From contig JAPLXR010000008.1 of the NCBI GenBank assembly GCA_026395955.1, forward strand, positions 5,179 through 69,178: a stretch of 64,000 bases of DNA. The letters are read 5' to 3'. A program made the position numbers and the translations under genes. Of the stretch, positions 58,460 to 64,000 are shown in pieces (positions within the stretch are counted from its first letter, which is position 1; each line of letters begins with the position of its first letter). The notes under the pieces are model-generated. The model was not told the origin of the DNA, made no database searches, and was given only the letters and a program-made list of their open reading frames with translations. This DNA is from Candidatus Nomurabacteria bacterium. GTDB taxonomy: Bacteria; Patescibacteriota; Minisyncoccia; Phycocordibacterales; UBA9973.

Positions 58460-60946
58460 TTATACAACAAAATTAATTAATCTACCTTTTACATAAATTT
58501 TCTTTTTTATTTCACTTGTATTTGGAATCCATTTTTTTACATTTTCATTCTCAAATGCAGTTTCAAAAACTTTTTCTTCACTCGCATCGGCTGGTATATC
58601 TATCTCTGCGCGGACTTTTCCATTTATTTGCACGACAACTTTTAAAGTATCTTCGATTAGAAGTTTCGGATTATATTTTGGCCAAGTTGCGATATTTATG
58701 GATTTTTTCTCGCCCATCTCACGCCAGATTTCTTCGGTAATATGTGGAGCAAATGGTGCTAGTATTTGTAAAAATAATTTAAAATCGGCACTAGAAATAT
58801 TTTCAGCCTTATCCATTTCATTTACTAAAACCATCATCGCTGAAATAGCAGTATTAAATGAAAAGTTTTCAATATCTTCACTAACTTTTTTAATTGTTTT
58901 GTGAAGTAACTTTTGCAAAGCTAGATGATGCTTAGAGGAGTCTTCGCTGTGACCAGATCGTACTTGCCCTTCCAAGACAGAGTGCGAACGACGGAAAGCA
59001 TTATCTAGCGACGCTGAATTTGCTATACGCCAAACCTTTTCAATAAATCTACGAGAACCAATGATACTATCAGTATTCCATGGCTGGCTCGCTTCAAATG
59101 GGCCCATAAACATTTCATATACGCGAAGTGTGTCTGCACCATATGTCTTTACAATATCATCTGGATTGATGACATTTCCCCATCTCTTACTCATCTTTCT
59201 ACCATCACTCGCTAAAATCATTCCTTGATTTTTCAAAGTTTTAAATGGTTCAGCAGTAGGAACATAACCCATATCAAAAAGGAATTTATGCCAGAAACGA
59301 GAATATAATAAATGTCCTGTAGCATGTTCCTGACCACCGACATACATATCGACATCTTTCCAATACTTCAACATTTTTTTATCAGCAAAAGCTTTTTTAT
59401 TTTTCGGATCCATATAGCGCAAGAAATACCAAGAAGACCCCGCCCATCCCGGCATTGTATTTGTCTCGTATCCTGCTTTCGCCCAAGCTTTCACTCCAGC
59501 CAAAGGACTTTCTCCTGTACCCGTCGGCTCATATGAAGTAACACTTGGTAAAACTAACGGAAGTTTTTTATCTGCAACATCTCTAATAGTTCCATCTGCA
59601 TTATGTATCAGTGGAATCGGCTCACCCCAATATCTCTGCCGTGCAAAAACGGCATCACGAATTTTATATTTCTTTACCAATTTTCCATTAACTTTTTCTG
59701 TAATTTCTTTTGCATCAACAAAAGGTCTATCAATAATTGGTAGATTATACTTCTCAGCAAATTCTCTATCTCTCTCATCATGCAAAGGCACAGCCATTAC
59801 AGCACCAGTACCATATGAAGCGAGGACATAATCCGCAACCCAAACAGGAACTTCTTCACCATTTGCAGGGTTAATAGCTTTGATGCCTTTTAGTTCTACT
59901 CCTGTCTTTTCTTTTTCCACTGTAATATCTTCTTTCTTTACGCGCTCTTTCGCTTCACGAATATATTCTGTAACTTCAGCCATATTTTGTGATTGTACAG
60001 CAAATTCTCCGATATTTGTATGCTCTGGTGAAAGGACGACATATGTAACTCCAAACAAAGTATCAGCACGAGTCGTGAATACTTTTATATTTCTATTGAT
60101 TGAAGTTTTAAATTCAATTTCACTTCCCTCACTCACACCAATCCAATTCTTTTGAATTTCTTTTATATGTGAAGACCAATTCAAGCCATCGAGGTCAGAA
60201 ACGAGACGGTCAGCATACGCAGTAATTCGCATAAACCATTGACGCATTGATTTTTTCTCTACAGGATATCCTCCGCGCTCTGAAACAGGATTGCCATCTT
60301 TATCATCTACTATTTCATCGTTCGCCAGAACTGTGCCGAGCTTTGGACACCAATTCACTTCACTATAGCCTTCATAAGCGAGGCGATAATTCATCAAGAT
60401 TTTTTCTTTTTCTATCTCTGAAAGTTTTTTCCAATTCTTGTCTGTCTTTTCAAATTTTTTAATTAATTCTGAAATAGGTCGAGCTTTGTTTTTTTGCTCA
60501 TCATAATATGAATTATAAATCTGAAGAAAAATCCATTGTGTCCATTTATAATATTCTGGGTCAGTAGTATTTACTTCTCGTGACCAATCATAAGAAAAGC
60601 CAATCTTGTCGAGCTGACCACGGAAAGTTTTGATATTTTTTTCTACGGCTTTGCGAGGATGAATTTTGTGTTCTATGGCGTATTGTTCTGCTGGAAGACC
60701 AAAAGCATCATAGCCCATAGGATGAAGCACGTTGTAGCCTTGCATACGCTTCATACGAGCATAGACGTCACTACCGATATATCCGCGTGGATGGCCTACG
60801 TGAAGTCCAGCACCTGATGGATACGGGAACATATCGAGTACATAATACTTTTTCTTTTTAGAAGAATTTTCAGTTTTATAAACTTTTTTTACTTCCCATT
60901 CTTTTTGCCACTTTTTTTCAATTTTATTATGATCGTATTGTTTCAT
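58460..60946 (-). CDS. leuS: leucine--tRNA ligase
   Basis: MFPYPSGAGLHVGH, FTTRADT, RQRYWGEPIP, KMSKR, VQINGKVR. Confidence 0.98.
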   Translation of the reverse strand: MKQYDHNKIEKKWQKEWEVKKVYKTENSSKKKKYYVLDMFPYPSGAGLHVGHPRGYIGSDVYARMKRMQGYNVLHPMGYDAFGLPAEQYAIEHKIHPRKAVEKNIKTFRGQLDKIGFSYDWSREVNTTDPEYYKWTQWIFLQIYNSYYDEQKNKARPISELIKKFEKTDKNWKKLSEIEKEKILMNYRLAYEGYSEVNWCPKLGTVLANDEIVDDKDGNPVSERGGYPVEKKSMRQWFMRITAYADRLVSDLDGLNWSSHIKEIQKNWIGVSEGSEIEFKTSINRNIKVFTTRADTLFGVTYVVLSPEHTNIGEFAVQSQNMAEVTEYIREAKERVKKEDITVEKEKTGVELKGIKAINPANGEEVPVWVADYVLASYGTGAVMAVPLHDERDREFAEKYNLPIIDRPFVDAKEITEKVNGKLVKKYKIRDAVFARQRYWGEPIPLIHNADGTIRDVADKKLPLVLPSVTSYEPTGTGESPLAGVKAWAKAGYETNTMPGWAGSSWYFLRYMDPKNKKAFADKKMLKYWKDVDMYVGGQEHATGHLLYSRFWHKFLFDMGYVPTAEPFKTLKNQGMILASDGRKMSKRWGNVINPDDIVKTYGADTLRVYEMFMGPFEASQPWNTDSIIGSRRFIEKVWRIANSASLDNAFRRSHSVLEGQVRSGHSEDSSKHHLALQKLLHKTIKKVSEDIENFSFNTAISAMMVLVNEMDKAENISSADFKLFLQILAPFAPHITEEIWREMGEKKSINIATWPKYNPKLLIEDTLKVVVQINGKVRAEIDIPADASEEKVFETAFENENVKKWIPNTSEIKKKIYVKGRLINFVV
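58920..59009. repeat. 90-nt hairpin element in frame inside leuS
   Basis: Arms GCTAGATGATGCTT / AAGCATTATCTAGC, inner TTCGC/GCGAA pairing, loop CCCTTCCAAG. Confidence 0.75.
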
Positions 60947-60948
60947 TA

Positions 60949-61512
60949 CTATTTAATTTCATTACTGAATTTTTTAATTGCGAGCCAGATAAGTGCGCCG
61001 AGTGCAACAGCAAGGATGATAACTTTTATAATATTATCTGCAGAAGACCAATACCTCATAGAAGCAACAATTAGAGAAATAACTCCACCCCAAGAAAATC
61101 CGGAAGACAAAATAATATTTGTAGAAAAAATTCCAAAGATTAATGCTATAACTCCTAGAATAGAAAGTGCAATAAAAACATTTCTATTATAAACTTTCAA
61201 AGCATTATCGTAATCTTTTTGTTTTGTAAAATTCGGATCACAATAACCTGTAATTTTATTTCCATTTACATCCACTTGAACAGGGTTTGTTTTATCATTA
61301 TAAGCAATATTGTTTTCAGTCCATTGACCACCGACATTTAAACAAGCATCCTTTGTAGTTATATTTTCGACGACTTGAGCAGTATTAAAAAATTGAGTAT
61401 ATTCTGGAGCTTTGTAAATTAGAGAAATTGCATAATTAATGAATAAATTAAAAACAATCACGATACCAATAATGAGCGCCCATTTTGAAAATTTATTTTG
61501 CATATCCTTCAT
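60949..61512 (-). CDS. 4-TM hypothetical membrane protein (start at 61512 or 61503)
   Basis: TM, loop with CLNVGGQW...GYCDP, three more TMs. Confidence 0.75.
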   Translation of the reverse strand: MKDMQNKFSKWALIIGIVIVFNLFINYAISLIYKAPEYTQFFNTAQVVENITTKDACLNVGGQWTENNIAYNDKTNPVQVDVNGNKITGYCDPNFTKQKDYDNALKVYNRNVFIALSILGVIALIFGIFSTNIILSSGFSWGGVISLIVASMRYWSSADNIIKVIILAVALGALIWLAIKKFSNEIK

Positions 61513-61545
61513 AATAACCCTTTTTTGTGCTATATTCAAGTATAT

Positions 61546-61986
61546 ATGAGCGACAGAATTAATAGAAAAAAAGAAGGCATCGAACACCTAGCAGACAAAG
61601 CCACAAAGTGGATCGGTTCTGCTTATTCACTAGTTGTGCATACAATTCTTTTTGCTGGTTGTTTTGTTTCTATTTTACTCGGAGCGCCTTTCGATCGTGT
61701 CATGCTCGTACTCACTACAGTCGTATCACTCGAAGCTATCTATCTTTCTATTTTTATTCAAATGACTATCAATAGACATACAAAAGAATTGGAAGAGATT
61801 TCTGAAGATGTAGATGAGATTCAGGAGGATATCGACGAAATTCAAGAAGACGTAGAAGAAATTTCTGAAGATGTTGATGAAATTCAAAAAGATGTGGATG
61901 AGATTCAAGAAGATGTCGAAAATATTGAAAAAGATGTCGACGAGATTCAGGAAGACGTCGAAGTCATCGAAGTAAAAGTGAAATAA
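61546..61986 (+). CDS. DUF1003-like 2-TM protein with acidic heptad-repeat tail
   Basis: LADKATKWIGS, LTTVVSLEAIYLSIFIQMTINR, then repeated (D/E)EIQEDV. Confidence 0.8.
   Translation: MSDRINRKKEGIEHLADKATKWIGSAYSLVVHTILFAGCFVSILLGAPFDRVMLVLTTVVSLEAIYLSIFIQMTINRHTKELEEISEDVDEIQEDIDEIQEDVEEISEDVDEIQKDVDEIQEDVENIEKDVDEIQEDVEVIEVKVK
61792..61959 (+). repeat. 8 x 21-nt tandem repeat encoding (D/E)(E/N)I(Q/S/E)(E/K)D(V/I)
   Basis: EEISEDV DEIQEDI DEIQEDV EEISEDV DEIQKDV DEIQEDV ENIEKDV DEIQEDV. Confidence 0.9.
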
Positions 61987-62020
61987 AAAAAACTGACACA
62001 ATACTGTGTCAGTTTTTTTT
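61986..62020. terminator. bidirectional terminator
   Basis: AAAAAAACTGACACA-ATAC-TGTGTCAGTTTTTTT. Confidence 0.8.
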
Positions 62021-62028
62021 ATAAATAA

Positions 62029-63300
62029 TTATTGTTTCATAGACTCAAAAGCATCAGAGAGGATTTCGAGCATTTTGTCATAATTTACAGTGTCTTCTCT
62101 TTTTGAAAAGACATAAGCAGGTTTTTGTTTTGAATAAAAATACAAAAAATTTCCAACAATTTCGATATTTAATTCAAAAGGTAGATCATAAATTTTTTCC
62201 ATAAAATCAGGAGCGAGAAGTTCAAAAGAACTTATTTGATCAGCCTTATCAGCCCAAAGGCAGAATTTTTTATTAAAATCATTACTCTCTGTCTCTATTC
62301 TTCGTAGTCCGTATGGAGCAAAATTAAATAACCATCTCTTCCTACGAACCAAAATATCTTTATATGAAATAGGTAGAACTATTTGGGCCACTATATAATT
62401 CATAGGATTATTTGTACTAGTATCAGGAATAAAAGTATAAAATTCAACAATCTTATTTTTATAATAACCAACGACATGATTATTTATATCTGAATCCAAA
62501 AAATTATTCTGACTAAATATTACACCCTTATTAGGCATCATAAGCCAACCAAAATCAGGATCAAAAAAGAAATTATTTTTATCAGCAAAATCTTTAATTT
62601 CATTAAAAATACTGAGAGGACTTTCAGTTGCTTGTCTTATTAGATTTAATTTCCAATCTTCACCTTCACGAACAAAATCCCAATATTCAGTAAAATAATT
62701 TGAGTCTGTATATAATTTTTCTTTTGTATCTGTATCAACAAGAGAATCATTTGCTCTAGCAAAGATGTTTGCTGTAAAAGAATCATTTTGTTTTCCATCA
62801 TTATCATGAATACTTTCGATAGAAATATTTTCTAATTTAATATTCTCCATCAAATTTTGTCTATGTTCATTTTGTAAAACATTTAATTCAAGAACAATCC
62901 TTTTGTAGTATCCTTCAGTCATGTAATCGCGCATATTTTTAGTATTCAAATCACTCCAATCCTTTTGAAAAGAAAAAAATACTTCAGAAATTCTCTTATT
63001 TAAAGAATCTTCTTTCCAGCTTGAATCTGATGTACTAGCTTTAGCTATTTCTTGTTTTAATTCTTGGGCTTTTTTCTTAGCTTTAAGCTTTGAATAATAA
63101 CTTGTAATTATTACAATGACAATAAATGCTACAAATAAAAACCAAGGAAATGGTCCAGATGAACCTCCTCCACCAGAACCACCAAAACCGCCTCCTCCAC
63201 CACCTCCTCCTCCCCCAGAACCACCACCTCCTCCACGAGCAAAAGCTTTCGTAGACCAGAAGAAGATTAAACTTAAAATTGAAATTAATTTGTAGCGCAT
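62029..63300 (-). CDS. Tim44-like domain membrane protein with Gly-rich N-terminus (start moved to MRYKL)
   Basis: Signal peptide ending AFA, ARGGGG.. tract, TM, F..FQKDWS and FTEYWDFVR...WKL..I. Confidence 0.75.
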   Translation of the reverse strand: MRYKLISILSLIFFWSTKAFARGGGGGSGGGGGGGGGGFGGSGGGGSSGPFPWFLFVAFIVIVIITSYYSKLKAKKKAQELKQEIAKASTSDSSWKEDSLNKRISEVFFSFQKDWSDLNTKNMRDYMTEGYYKRIVLELNVLQNEHRQNLMENIKLENISIESIHDNDGKQNDSFTANIFARANDSLVDTDTKEKLYTDSNYFTEYWDFVREGEDWKLNLIRQATESPLSIFNEIKDFADKNNFFFDPDFGWLMMPNKGVIFSQNNFLDSDINNHVVGYYKNKIVEFYTFIPDTSTNNPMNYIVAQIVLPISYKDILVRRKRWLFNFAPYGLRRIETESNDFNKKFCLWADKADQISSFELLAPDFMEKIYDLPFELNIEIVGNFLYFYSKQKPAYVFSKREDTVNYDKMLEILSDAFESMKQ

Positions 63301-63305
63301 ATTAT

Positions 63306-64000
63306 TTATTTTTTCCATACAGCAGTATGAGCCATAGATATTGCTCGACCATGAGATTTTTCTATTACACACATTTCACCTTGTTCTACTGTACCAGCAC
63401 AGTCAGCCATGACTTCACGAAGCGCGTGACCTAGGTTAAGCGAAGATGAATCAGTTGAATATGAAGTTACAATTACGAAAAGTGGTTTATCAGAAAGAAT
63501 ATTTTTGACTCCTTGTAAAAGTTTCGGTAGTGACTCCTCTATCTTCCATGTCTCACCTTTTGGGCCACGGCCGAATTTTGGTGGATCCATTATTACTGCA
63601 TCATATTTATTCCCACGCTTTGCTTCTTTCTCAATAAATTTCAAACAATCATCGAGAAGTATGCGAAGTGGTTTGTCTGAAAAACCAGAGAGTTCTTGAT
63701 TCTCTTTTAATTTAGTAAGTGATTCTTTTGAAGCATCTATATGTGTGACATCGGCATCAGCAGACAAAGCAGACAAACTAGCCACTCCAGTGTAACCGAA
63801 AAGGTTCAAGAATTTGATTCTTCGTCCGGCATTTTTTATTTCTGTATTTATAAAATCCCAATGACTTGCTTGTTCAGGAAAAAAAGACAAATGTCTAAAA
63901 GACGTCGGTGTAGCATAAAATTTTACATCTCTATGTGACATTACCCAATTTTTAGGAAGCTTAGTCTTCATTTTCCAAGTTGGCTTTGCTCCAGCTTTTC
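63306..64000 (-). CDS. class I SAM-dependent methyltransferase (RlmI/RlmK-like), 5'-truncated by the window edge
   Basis: FFPEQ, LNLFGYTG, HIDAS, MDPPKFGRG; frame open to base 64000. Confidence 0.85.
   Translation of the reverse strand, partial: KAGAKPTWKMKTKLPKNWVMSHRDVKFYATPTSFRHLSFFPEQASHWDFINTEIKNAGRRIKFLNLFGYTGVASLSALSADADVTHIDASKESLTKLKENQELSGFSDKPLRILLDDCLKFIEKEAKRGNKYDAVIMDPPKFGRGPKGETWKIEESLPKLLQGVKNILSDKPLFVIVTSYSTDSSSLNLGHALREVMADCAGTVEQGEMCVIEKSHGRAISMAHTAVWKK

Noticed and set aside
61792-61959. Tandem repeats as a CRISPR array
   Set aside because: Contiguous in-frame 21-nt units with no spacers; a protein repeat

Overview
AT-rich bacterial chromosome segment read with the standard genetic code. 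Gene content and streamlined proteins point to a Patescibacteria/CPR organism, probably Parcubacteria (inference). Most of the window is housekeeping: atpG/D/C, six aminoacyl-tRNA synthetases, a mraY-ftsW-murG/scpAB cluster, PBP2, murJ, dnaB/recR, grpE-dnaK-dnaJ and the infA-rpmJ-rpsMKD-rpoA-rplQ-rplM-rpsI block. No rRNA, tRNA, CRISPR array, transposase or integrase was seen. Notable layers: (1) a tight four-gene unit of an EamA exporter, a Cys-rich membrane-anchored protein, an unknown soluble protein and a multi-TM histidine kinase, resembling a make-export-sense signalling cassette; (2) an FtsA/PilM-like actin-fold gene paired with a single-pass protein with a possible baseplate-J-like ectodomain; (3) GC-rich palindromic elements sitting in frame in atpG (twice), alaS and leuS, with the leuS element sharing a loop motif with an intergenic hairpin after dnaK; (4) AT-rich cargo genes at every visible junction of a GC-richer atp operon and between grpE and dnaK, where a PaaX-like regulator has a palindrome overlapping two divergent promoters; (5) pervasive leaderless extended -10 promoters on core genes, versus -35/-10 promoter plus hairpin single-gene cassettes on accessory genes; (6) a motif-degenerate SF2 helicase with C-terminal repeats. 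All family assignments come from motif recognition by eye, with no database searches.
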